DNA of 64,000 bases, taken from the NCBI GenBank assembly GCA_046563655.1, contig CM102285.1, positions 12,028,001 through 12,092,000 of the forward strand, in the 5' to 3' direction. Source of the stretch: Yuukianura sp. NJ FZ-2021. Its lineage: Eukaryota. The translations under genes and the position numbers were made by a program. Positions 13,147-24,444 of the stretch are shown one piece after another. The notes under the pieces are model-generated. The model ran no database searches. It was not told the origin of the DNA and saw nothing but the letters and a program-made list of their open reading frames with translations. Position 1 is the first letter of the stretch; each line of letters begins with the position of its first letter.

Positions 13147-14951
13147 TTAATATCCAAAATCTGACACAAATTCTTCCATTTTTTGAACCAGTTTCCCAAC
13201 TGGTTTGGGTAGAACTGGATGAGTGTAGAAAGAGATGAGGACAGTCTTCTTAAATGTGGTGCAATTGATTCCTAACGTTCCAGTTCGAGCACGGAAGACA
13301 TGTCCAGTGGCCGAAAGACAAGAGTAGATTGTTCCAGACAGAATTACTTTAGAAGAAGTAATGTACTCTCGTTTGGTCATCCCGGTCACGAGCGTCTGAA
13401 TTTCTTTCTTGGTAACTTTGCAACCTCGGCTCACTCCAAGCAGGTCACCATCGAAAGTAGCAAAGCAGCCATAAGTTAAAAGTGGTGATCGAAAGAATTC
13501 AATTTCGAGCTGCTTTCTCAAATCTTCGTTCACTGTAAACAACAAAAAGTTTTGTTAAACAAAACCCAAGCTACTCATACTCAAACTCAAAATGCTTGCA
13601 AGCTCACCAGCTAACCCGAGTTCAGTCCATGTGACTTGATATCGAAACGGCGAATTTGGAGAATTGAGTTGAACTTGTTGATTCATTTTGATTTCAGAAA
13701 GTGCTGGTTGTTTAACAGGCGACAATGGCTTTGTAGGCGGAGTGAGATATACTTCCGCAGGAGAAGATTCCGTGCCAAGGCTGCCATTTCTTGGCGGAGT
13801 GGAAAGCAAGATGTTCCTGACGGGGCTGGAAGCCGCAATTCGGACAGGACTGGATGCTGCGACGGTTCGCACGGGAGTGGAAGGTGCGACATTTCGTACA
13901 GGGCTGAATACGCTGTTTCGTACAGGACTAGAAGGCACGCCATTTTGAGCTGGACTGGAAGGCACGGCCTTTGGAGCAGGACTGGAGTGCACGCCGTTTC
14001 GAACGGGACTTGATGCCTTTTCTTTGATTGGCACAGACTTCTTCCCCGATGACTTTAAAGTCGGAGCAGCAGTAGTTGAACTTGCGGTGATAGTTCCTAA
14101 AAAAATTCAGAATTTAGTTTCAATGCTTCAGAGAATGCTGAACCAAGAGACACGCAAAACTTTTCAAAATCTTACGAGCATGCTGTTCAAAGCGCTGAAT
14201 TTTTTGCATGACGCTGATGGGTGTCGTTTTTGCAGATTCTGACTGACTACGGTAAAGTCCATTACGGCTACGATGCGGTTTCGACCAATCAGAGCCATCA
14301 GAATCTTCATTCGATCCTAAAAATACTTCTTCCTTGTCTACACTTCCAGAAATCGTTTGAACGCTGTGACCATTAGCAGGTCCATTAGTAACCGATCCCT
14401 GTTCGCTATCAAAACTCCAAAGCTGAGCACGTCTTCTGGAGCGTCTTTCGGAGAAACTGCGTTGTAATCGCATCGATTTGGACGGAGGGGACTGTCCCGA
14501 TCCAAGGTCCAATTGCTTCAAGGTACTCAAATCAGCTTCATCCGGGTGATGCAGAAAATGTTGAACGTGTCCTTTCAAATCTTGTGTATCAACATCATTT
14601 GGATCCAGACCTAAAACTGACAAACAGGAAAAAAGTGAATCAGAACTGCAATTCGGGAGTGTTGACAACTTTTTGCATTAAAAACTTGACTTCAGAGAGC
14701 AATAAACTCACCCGCATCGCATATTTTGTTTGCCTCTTGGAGATGACCTTCACGAAAGAGTTTTACAGAAGCAAGGCGTCCAATAATCAGAAATTCAGTT
14801 CTTTTGCTAATAATCAATACAATCATCGATCGATAGACGAATTCAAAAGTTATGCACGAGAAAATGATTTTTTGAAAAAGTTACGAACTTACTTTTCGAA
14901 ATCCGCCAAGTATTTGTCCAGCGGAGACGAGGATAGTTCCGTTCCTGCCAT
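13147..14951 (-). CDS. ~487-aa protein: disordered N-terminal arm with SSPVR repeats plus C-terminal divergent profilin domain
   Basis: Five exons (14893-14951, 14712-14806, 14176-14610, 13608-14096, 13147-13532), all GT-AG and in phase, total 1464 nt. The last exon follows the profilin pattern (FDGDLLGVS..KVTKKEIQTL..VILSGTIYSCLSATGHVFRARTGTLGINCTTFKKTVLISFY..VQKMEEFVSDFGY*). Confidence 0.8.
13700..14015 (-). repeat. Coding minisatellite: ~10-11 aa S/T-P-V-R repeats
   Basis: SSPVRNG, SSPAPK, SSPAQNG, SSPVRNS, FSPVRN, STPVRT, SSPVRI, SSPVRN, STPPRNG, LSPVK. Confidence 0.85.
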
Positions 14952-16776
14952 TTTTTCACGACTAAAATCGATCATAAGGAAGCCAATTGCTCAAAATGTA
15001 GAGCACCTCTGGCCCTTTTGCCTATAAATAAAAATTTGAACATTAAAAAACCAGTATCAAAAAGTGATTAGGAACAATGACTTTGCCACTTCTTCTTCAT
15101 CATCAAACAAATTTAACAACAAAAGTTTCGGCTTATCCTTGATGTCACGCTTGTACTTGTAGTAAAGCCAGAACAATTGGCAATTTCCACAGTTCCAAGT
15201 CAGTACTCTACCAAAAATGCTTGCAAACACTCACCCACTGCTGCTGCTGCTGCTGTTGCACAACAATTACTACCTCAGAGGACAATGATGAGGATGAGAC
15301 CAAGTGTTGACAGAAACACAATGGTGGAATCAGTTTCCCCAATCCAGAACCTACTGTACCAAAGCACAATTCAAAAAAGACTAAAGTTAGTAAGACTAAA
15401 GTTATTCCGTTATGGGAATTGAGCTTAGGTTGAAGCATTTGGCTTTTAGCTTACCTTTTATCAAGTGAGAACAATAGGATGAGCCGTAGGATAGGACGTG
15501 GACGACGCCTCGCTTCGTGGCTCAAGTGAATCTGCGCCAAATTGTCAGTGAACTTGATCTCGCACTGACAGTTAAACTCAAACTACCGTTGTTATGTAAG
15601 GTTGATTTTTAAGTTAAATTAAAGCTATAGCCTAACAGTTTCAGATGTCGATTCTTACTTGAAACGTAACTTATTATGCAAAATTTGAAAAGAACACCAA
15701 TGAACGCATAAAACTTGCAAAAATGAACAGAAAATTTGCAATTTGCAAATAAACTTGGAAAAATGACCAGAAACTTGCAATTTGCAAATAAGTTGTAAAA
15801 TATGCGTCTTCCTGATCTTCCTGAAACTTCTCTACTTTAGTCTTTTCCTGAATATTGACAGAAGCCAACTAACACCTAGGCAGAAGCTTCAACAAATTTC
15901 CAGTTCGCTTTGTAACGGCTCATTATCTTCGACTCATTATTGAAAAAAGCCATTAGAATGGGCGGAGGTTTACATTTTTCGGTAGCGAGTCTAAAGACAG
16001 GAAGTTTTAGTACAACCAAATCTAATCGTGTCCAATTCAATGACATTTACACGAAGGTCAAAGAAGGAATGACTTTGATGACAAAGCGTATTCACGGTTA
16101 TGGTCTAATGCATTTCAAATTTAGTTTAAATGTTAATTGTAATTAAACATGAACACTTTCAAGTTTAATTACAACTACCGTGTAGAGGGAGTTGACCTGT
16201 GAAAATTAGTATGCTGGATTAATGAAATTTCCAGCAAAGACTATAGAAACAATTGGTTTGTGCAAAAAGCAATCGAGATAGTGCCCAAATTATCTCGAGT
16301 GCTTAGCAAAACAATTGTTTTTTTCAAGTGCAATTTCATGGACAAGCGAATCTGTTTTAAAAGAGGTGTAAAGTGTAATTACGCATAAAAAATCAAGCAA
16401 ATACAAAACTATAAAAATGCAAAGGAAAATTACCGTTTCGTTATGGGTGATTTCGTTTTTTGAAACGCTCTAGTAAGATTTTGCAGTTTGAAATGCTTGA
16501 CCTCTTGCGTCAAGGTGAATTAATTTTTGCAAAGTTCACAGAAGTTACACCTTATGGAGCTTCCTTGATGCAAAGATTATTATTGTTATGATAACTTGGC
16601 TGCTTTACACTTTTTACTGCATTTGTTATGAATTTAAGAGTAAATCTTAGATTTATACGCGATCTTCAGAAATAAACGCGTGATTTCTCTGAAAATCCCA
16701 TAAATAATTCCAAATTGAAAAATATACATTGACATTCTGTTAAAAAGTTGGCCAAATGCATTTAGCGTAGATAATC

Positions 16777-19700
16777 CTACCAAATATTACTGTTCATACG
16801 TGACGTAGAGGTAGAAGGGGCATTGCTGCGTCCAGAAGTTCTTCTTGGACTATTTTGTCGCTCCCCTGATGCATCTCCTTCTCCAATAACTCTTTGCAGA
16901 TCATTCATTTCCGTTGTTGGCGGTCCGAATTGTGGACTTCCAAAAATAAACATTGATTGATCCGGACTCAACTGAAATCCACCAGCACTGGCTGCACTAT
17001 CCACATCAGAATTGGCGCTGTTGTGGGGAGAATCGCCATTTGCAGAAGAAATTCTTCTGCCAACATTCGGACGTCCGGGAGCATTAAAACTCTTGATTGT
17101 CAATTGATGTTGAAGATTTAGAATTTCCAGTTCTAGACGATGATTTATGGATTTGATGGACACGTATTTGTCTTCCAGTGCCTAAAGAAAACATTCATAA
17201 TTTCATATGCACGAAACTTTTAAATTAAAATAATTTGGTTTTGTCTTCACCTTGATTTGAATTTGGTATTCCATAGTCGCATCGTCCACAATCTTTCGTT
17301 CCTTTGCAATAATTTGATCTTTCTCAACAAGCTGAACCTCCAGGTCACGAATAAATCCAACAAAAGCTTCCATTTGAGATGACTTGGATTCCAACATATT
17401 CTTCAAATCTGAATTATTCATCACAAAATTAGACAAAACATCTACTAGTAGTAAAAAGCAGTACTGTTGTAAACATAAACTTCTAACCTGCAATTTCATG
17501 TTCACAAGTGAGACGCAAATCTTCCATTTCATACAGAACGTGCCGATTAGATTCGAGACTAGTCAAGGCTTCTTGTTGCTTGCGATACAATTCGCCAAGA
17601 AGCAGAACCTCCTTCTGCTGCGTCTCCAGAGCAGCCTTGAGCTGTCCATTCAGGATTACATACTTCTTGCACTCCTTGACTTCACTTTCCAGTTGGAAGA
17701 TATCCGCTTTTTTCTGGTCAATTTCCTGAAACAGAGAAAAGACGTCAGTTTTTCTTGAATTTGATTCTATTTCATCACTTTTTTTTTACATCAACTCTTC
17801 AATTCAGTGTACCTTTTGAGTCAAATTGTACTCTTCCGACAACTTTGCATGTTTTCTGTCGTCTTCAAACTTCTCATCCTTCAATTTACGAATTGTACTG
17901 GTCAACTCAGCAACTTTCGAATCCAAACCAGAAATGTTCTTTTGATATTCAGCTTCCTTTGCATTTAGAGCAGCTCTTTGTGTCACCAGTTCCTTTTTCA
18001 ATGCTGCCATTTCCTTTTCAAACATGTTCAATTGGATTTCCTGCAACAAGGGAAAACATAGATGAGATTTCTAGGAATTCCAAAAGCACATTCAAAAAAA
18101 TCCAGTTTAGAATTACCAGAGAGTAGTTTCTTTCCTCCTGCTGTTGAAACGCCCTGCAGCGTTTGGCCAAACTTCGATTCCTCAAGGCATGTGCTTCCCG
18201 TCGATGTCTTTCAAAGAGTAACTGAGCATGGAGTAACTCAACCTGTCCACGTAGAAGCGTCATATCATCGGCTTTAACTTTACCACTCAATCCATGAAGT
18301 GCAGCAGCCTTGCTGATGCACAGATCCAGAAGATGATGTGGTGATGAAATCTGAGAAGTGTGTTCTCCAGGATGCTGAAGAAAACTGGGCAGCACACCTT
18401 CGAATAAATGTTCGTATGGTTGGATTGGCTCTGGAGCTTTTGGAGTAGACGACGTATCATCTGACGACAGTTCGATTTGATTTGAAGGCGTTTGTACGCC
18501 GTCAATAGAATCAGTGGAAGATGGTCCTCTTGTTTCATTCACTTTCTTATAAAGATCGGGACAGGAACTGGATCTCTTGACTCTTCGAGTAATCTGGTAG
18601 GAAGAAGGTGAAGTGCCTGGAGACGGACCTCCACCGCTGGAACCGCTTTGATCAGTACACTGGCTGTAGAATCGAAGTCGCTTCACACGTTGAGCAAAAG
18701 CCATCAATACCCTGGTTGATTTTTGACAAAAACGAAACTTTAGTTAACAATGAAGGAAATTCAGTTGAAAACGTAAATGGTTACTTTTTATCAGGCATAG
18801 CTCTGGTGGTGTTACGTAATTCGTCCATTTCGTCGTCGACTTCAGCACTGCATTCAGCAAGTGAAAATGCACTTAGCATTGGAGTCAATGGTCCAGCACC
18901 AATTTCATGTCCAGAATGACCCAGCGGATCATGCGTACTGATTGTGGACAGTAAGCTGCCCACAGCCGTTGACGAAGTACTGCCAGCATCTCCCAAATTC
19001 AGAGGAACAGGTTTGATCACTGGTTCTTCCTTGTGATTTCCAGTTCCACCTTGTTGTTCCGACATTATCTACAAAATAGTTCCACGAAATGAGTTTAACA
19101 CAACCTGATTTCAACACACAAATAAAAAAATCAAGCAAAAACGTATAACTTCAGAAAAAGCAATAATTTCAAGACAACAAAGCCTAATGTCAACCTTTTC
19201 TAGTCTTCCAATCAACACCGAGTCCCTTCGCATCAGCGCAGTATCGAATATTGAGTCTCTTCGACTGTACTCGGCAGTATGTGGAGCCGGCGACGAAGGA
19301 ACGGAGCTTGGCGGAGTTTTTCCAAAGTTCAAATGTTTGACTGCCGGGGAAGTTGGTGGTGGTAGCTTGAAGTGAGTCGCCACATGCTTATCCTAAACAC
19401 AGTGCACCAACAAAGGCCACAACGGAAATTAAAAAACGAAAAAAAAAAATTATGCTAATGATATTAGAACGGCAAACAAATTGTAAACAAAATCAGCCAC
19501 ATCGCAGCATCTAACGTTGACTACTCTTTTACACTTAGGTTTGCGTAAGCGTTACCTTTACTGGAGTTTGCATGGGAGTATTTTCTGGCGTAGCTTCCAT
19601 GGCTGTTTCAGGAGGAGATGTAGTTGATTTTATGGAAGTTACAGCCGTAGGATATGGAAGCGGAGTGTTTCCTGTTGAATTGGCGTAAGACGAAGGTGTT

Positions 19701-21361
19701 GGAGGAGCAGATTCCTCTGTCTGGTATGCCAAAGCTGACAAATCCGTTATATCCGATTTGAGAAGTGATTGTTGAATGACGCTTGAAACAGGAACACGCA
19801 AAATGGCTGGAATACCGAAATCTGAAATTGAAAAGACAGTTCTGATTATTAGTACTAGCTCCCCAACAGAAAATGATAAAAATTCATTCTATGAGGACAA
19901 ACCACCACCGCCCCCATGAAGATCTCCAGCTATCGAAGTTCCAGACATACGAGTTCGCAGTTGAATTGGATTCACCTCTTCTTCGGGCAATCCAGACTCC
20001 AAAACATCAAGTGAAACCAAGGCACACTCGGCAATGATGTCGTCGTACGCCTTGTTCTTCCAGCGGCTTGTTAGCAATTCACCTTCTTTTGTTCCTGTCA
20101 CAAGCATTGGATGCATTTTCACAGTTTCCAGCATAGGCTGAAATAACATAAGTCAGTGGCTTTATTCATAAGTTTGGCTTAAATTGATAATTTAAGGCTA
20201 CTATATTTTTTTTGTAAGTACCTTTATAGTGTTTGCGAAAACAACACTCTTATCTCCATTTCCAAAAGTATGTCGAAGGTATGACAGGAAATTGCATGGA
20301 TACATAGCGTAGAGTCGGTGGAACAGCGAATAAAGACCGACCTGGAGATGCAAAATGTGTTCCTCCGGAATATTGTTCGACGTGTGAGCCCATGTCGTCA
20401 ATCGGCTGGAAAGAAAACGTTTTTAACTCAATGATGTCAAGTTTTACTATTTGTCATAAACTTGATCTTACCCAAAAACGTCGAAGATGTCGTTGGTGTA
20501 TTTAATTAAATACATTGGGAGAATCGGGAGCAAGCTCGTGATGGCCAACAAACCCGTCAGTAAAACAACAATGTCCGTGTCAGTCTAAAAACATAAAACG
20601 GTTAAAAGCATTCAATCAATTAAATTACTTTGAATCTCTTCAGCTATGCTCACTTTGAGTATGATCAGCAATTCTTTGAAGAGACCAAAATGGATAACTT
20701 TATATAACCAAGCGGGCTGTTTTCGGATCAAGTGTCCAACAAATGTTAAGCTCGTCTTCCTACTTGACTGCAATCGTAGACTGTCCATAATTCTGAAAAC
20801 AAAACACAAATTCTAAAGCATTGATGAAAACAAAGAGTGATCATTGCGGCAACTTCAAGCGCCCGCGTCCTCCAATCCAATCATTCTCCGCCATTCAAAT
20901 TATGAAAAATTGTGACTTTGCGTTACTATAGAAACCGGTCGGCGTGTTTTGGACCAAACTGGAGCTGAAACTCAGCAATCCATGACGCAAACAAATTATA
21001 CTGATCAATCAGTCATCAATCAATCTTCAATCGAATCTTTCAACGTCAACTGACTACTGCTTACTTCTCAATTAAGAACTTGTCGTGTGGTTCCTTGGAC
21101 AGTCCAATTAATATATCCATACATCGGTCTGAATTTGTCTGAAGATAATAGTCGAATAATCCATTGACCAACCAAGCTTCCTTCACTGCAATCCAAATCA
21201 AGGTAAATCGTTTGTAAACTGGTTAAATCATCACATCGAACGTTATGATTAGTTCATCGATTACCTGAACTTATATTTTCTTGAATAAGTTCTTTGATGT
21301 TGTCTACGACAGCCGGTTGGTTAGATTCCAGCAAATCAAAGAATTCGCTAGCACTGTCCAT
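16777..21361 (-). CDS. TSC1: Hamartin (tuberous sclerosis 1)
   Basis: Starts MDSASEFFDLLES; contains WLVNGLFDYY, EPHDKFL, hallmark LHLQVGLYSLFHRLYAMYPCNFLSYLR, VKMHPMLVTG, RSSSCPDL, LLFERHRREAHALRNRSL and a C-terminal coiled coil. Confidence 0.95.
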
Positions 21362-21684
21362 TTTCGTATCCAAACTCGGCAGTGGTTACTGTCGAGATAA
21401 CGCAAAATCTTTCACTGTGTGCTTAATTAAGTGTTAATCGGGCAGTAATCAATTAATGATCAATAGAACCACTTTACACTACAGATCACATGTTTTGAAT
21501 TTCAAAACAAAAACATCACAAGAAAAAAATTGCGGTTTTTTAAACTTACCGGAGTTTTTGTACTGATACGGACGCCTCCGTGAGTTTCTTATGGACATGG
21601 ACATTTCTTCAACCTAAATAAACTTAATTTATAGTTTTATACTTTATGATTTTAACACCATTTTAATTACTTGTAGTGTAAAAA

Positions 21685-24300
21685 ATGGACTGGAATACTA
21701 AAAGTGGTGCTGGAGACTCTGGAGCAGAGCTGCCAATTCTGTCTGACGATGAAGACGGAAGATCATCACAAGTTACTAATCATTCATCACAACATCAATT
21801 ACTCTCAACTGCTCTACGGACTACTGGACCACCGTTGAAAGAACCGTGGGTGCCTGCTCCAGGAAAAACTTCAAAGGTAACTGTTCAAAATCAATAGTCA
21901 ATTCAATTGAAAATGAACTTTGACCTTGAAGGTTCGCTCCCGTTCACGAGTCACTGTCACTGGAGCAATGTCTTTAAATCAGTTGGATCAACTTTCTTCC
22001 TGTGAAAATTCACAACATGCTGGAAGATCCGTAGCTTCAATTCTGTCTGGAAGGCAGACCGTATCGAGTGCTAAGCGTCAGCGCAAAGCTCGAAGTCGAA
22101 CGAAACGGTCAAGGTCAATTGACGAACGGAAAATGTCGGGGTACACTTTGCAGTCCAAGGACTCGCTGATTGACATTGTAAGTTTCAAATTACACTAACT
22201 TTAGGAATTCAAGTATAAATTGACGTTTGTCTTGTTTTTAGACTGCTAGTCTCAACAAAAAACGTGACGAAGTTTTTAAACTCTGGGAACACAATGTGCT
22301 AAATTGTGATAGTGACTTGTTACTCCAATTGGAAACTGCAAACATGCTGGCAATCGAGACTGCCAATGATATCAACGAACTGCGTAAAACAATTGACAAT
22401 TACAAAAAGGTTTGTCAAAAGACAAAATTTCTCAGAAAACTTTGGAGTTTTTCGTTAATTTTTTGAAACTTTGAAATTTAGAAATCTGCAAAACTTTCTA
22501 CTGAAGATGAAAAAGCCTTGACGGTCTTTCGAGTTCGGATTTTGAGCAAATTGAAGCGATTTGAAGAATCGCATGCATATATCCAAAAGAGTCTCAAAGT
22601 AAGTCGAGATTCCAGTAGAAATCCAAGAAGCGTCGACTCCAAACAAGCATCTGAACATGAAAGCCCGGGTAACACTGGACGCAAAACTTCTCGAGAATCA
22701 GTTCGTTCAAAAAAATCGAAATCAGTTCGCTCAAGCACATCAAAATCAAAGTCTCCAGCAAAATCCAAAGTTCCAAGCGAACGTTCTTCCAGCCTCGTTT
22801 ATCTGAAGACTATTGCTGAGAGTTTTGACAACGGAGATACCGATAATGAAGTTGACTATGAAGATTTTGATGATGCACCAGGTGAAACCAAAGCTGAACC
22901 ATCAAAGGTCACGTCTGACATTGAAGAGGTCAGGGACAAACCAGAATCAGCTCCAGAAGAAAAGCGTCAAGGCAAAGAACGGACGGCAAAAAGCAAAAGT
23001 CGAAGCCGCCCGAGCGCTACCGAAGCGGAAGCGTTGAATTCAGCGTTTTTGGTTGACAGAATTTACTATCGTGACAAGGTCAGTACTTCCTTTAACAAAA
23101 ATCAAATGTGATGTTCCAAAAAATTTCATTTTTGAAATTTCAAAATTTCAGATTCGTGGCCTGCATAGGAAACTGATCGAACAAGAATCGAAATGCGTCG
23201 AAATGCGACGAGAAATGAAACGAATGCAGTCTGAGAACTCCTACGATATCAAAATGCTCAAATCCAGCATGAAGGCTCAAATGGAAGACATGGGCCACTT
23301 ACCCGAAATGCTGCAAATCACTGAAAATCGGCTCAACGACTCACTGCATGCGAAGTTTGCAATTGAATCAACGCTTCAGCTCAAACTGAGTGAAATCACA
23401 GCGTTGAAAGTGGAGGTTAAAAAAAAAACAAAAACAAAAAACAAAGTGTGAATACTGTGATTGAAACCAAAACTGTTTAAATGAATTGTAAGATGCTGGT
23501 ATTTCATTTTTAGATTGGTCGGCTGGAAAAAGAACTGGAACAGGCTCAAGTCAAAGTTACAAAATTCGAAGCTAAAAACGAAACGCTTACTGAAAAATTG
23601 GAACGTTTGGAAAATGAAAACAAAGAACTAAGGTGAAAACAAGCTAGAGATAAACAGAAACAGATTAATTAATTAAGTAATTCATTAATTACGAAATCAC
23701 TTTTGACTTTCTTAGGATGGAAATTGTCACAAAGACACAAATGCTGGCAACTTCAGAAGCGAACAATGCTAGAGCCCACGCAGCGTCAGCTTCCCCTAAA
23801 GATGGAAAACCAAAACGGGATCACCGAGTGTTACTTCTGGAAGACAAAATTTCGGAGCTGGAGGCTGAACTGGAATCCGCCAACAAGGAAACGCTGGCAA
23901 TGCGACGTGCTAAACATGACGTGAGCTATATGCAAGATTGCAAGATGCAAAAATTTCAATTTCAACATTTTAAGTTAAAATTTTTGACTTTCAATTTTTT
24001 GTCCAATTTTAGACAACAATTCAACTGAATCGTCGAATTGATGAACTTGTGGATGCTCTGGAAGAGTCACGATCCAGAACTCGAACTCTTCAAACTGGAA
24101 TCAATCTGATCAAAACCAAATACTACGAAGTGTTCTATCCCAATGGAACGAGAATTGGTCCAGAAGAGATGTTCCCAGAATTGACAAAAGTTCTTGCCAA
24201 TATCAAACAAGTCATGGATTCTGGACCTCCGCCGCCCAGTGACTCTCCACTGCCAAGTCCACTTTCGTTAAGTCCTCGACGAGGCGCTTCAAATGTTTAA
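21685..24300 (+). CDS. Coiled-coil protein, ODF2/cenexin-like C-terminal half
   Basis: QMEDMGHLPEMLQITENRLND and ALEESRSRTRTLQTGINLIKTKYYEVF resemble, from memory, two conserved ODF2 blocks; N-terminal half is Ser/Arg/Lys-rich low complexity. Confidence 0.6.
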
Positions 24301-24444
24301 AAAGCTCAAACTTTCAAAAAATACTTAAACTCAAAAACTCAAACTCGTGTTAAATCGTCAACATTATTGTTTCCAATAAAAAATGAGAATCGAAACAAGA
24401 TCAATGGCTACCTCTCACATACAGAACTAATAGCAGCCTTCAAT

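Noticed and set aside
15020..15870. Short ORFs and a (CTG)n tract upstream of the profilin-fusion gene
   Set aside because: No consistent reading frame; more likely spliced 5' UTR exons and a microsatellite
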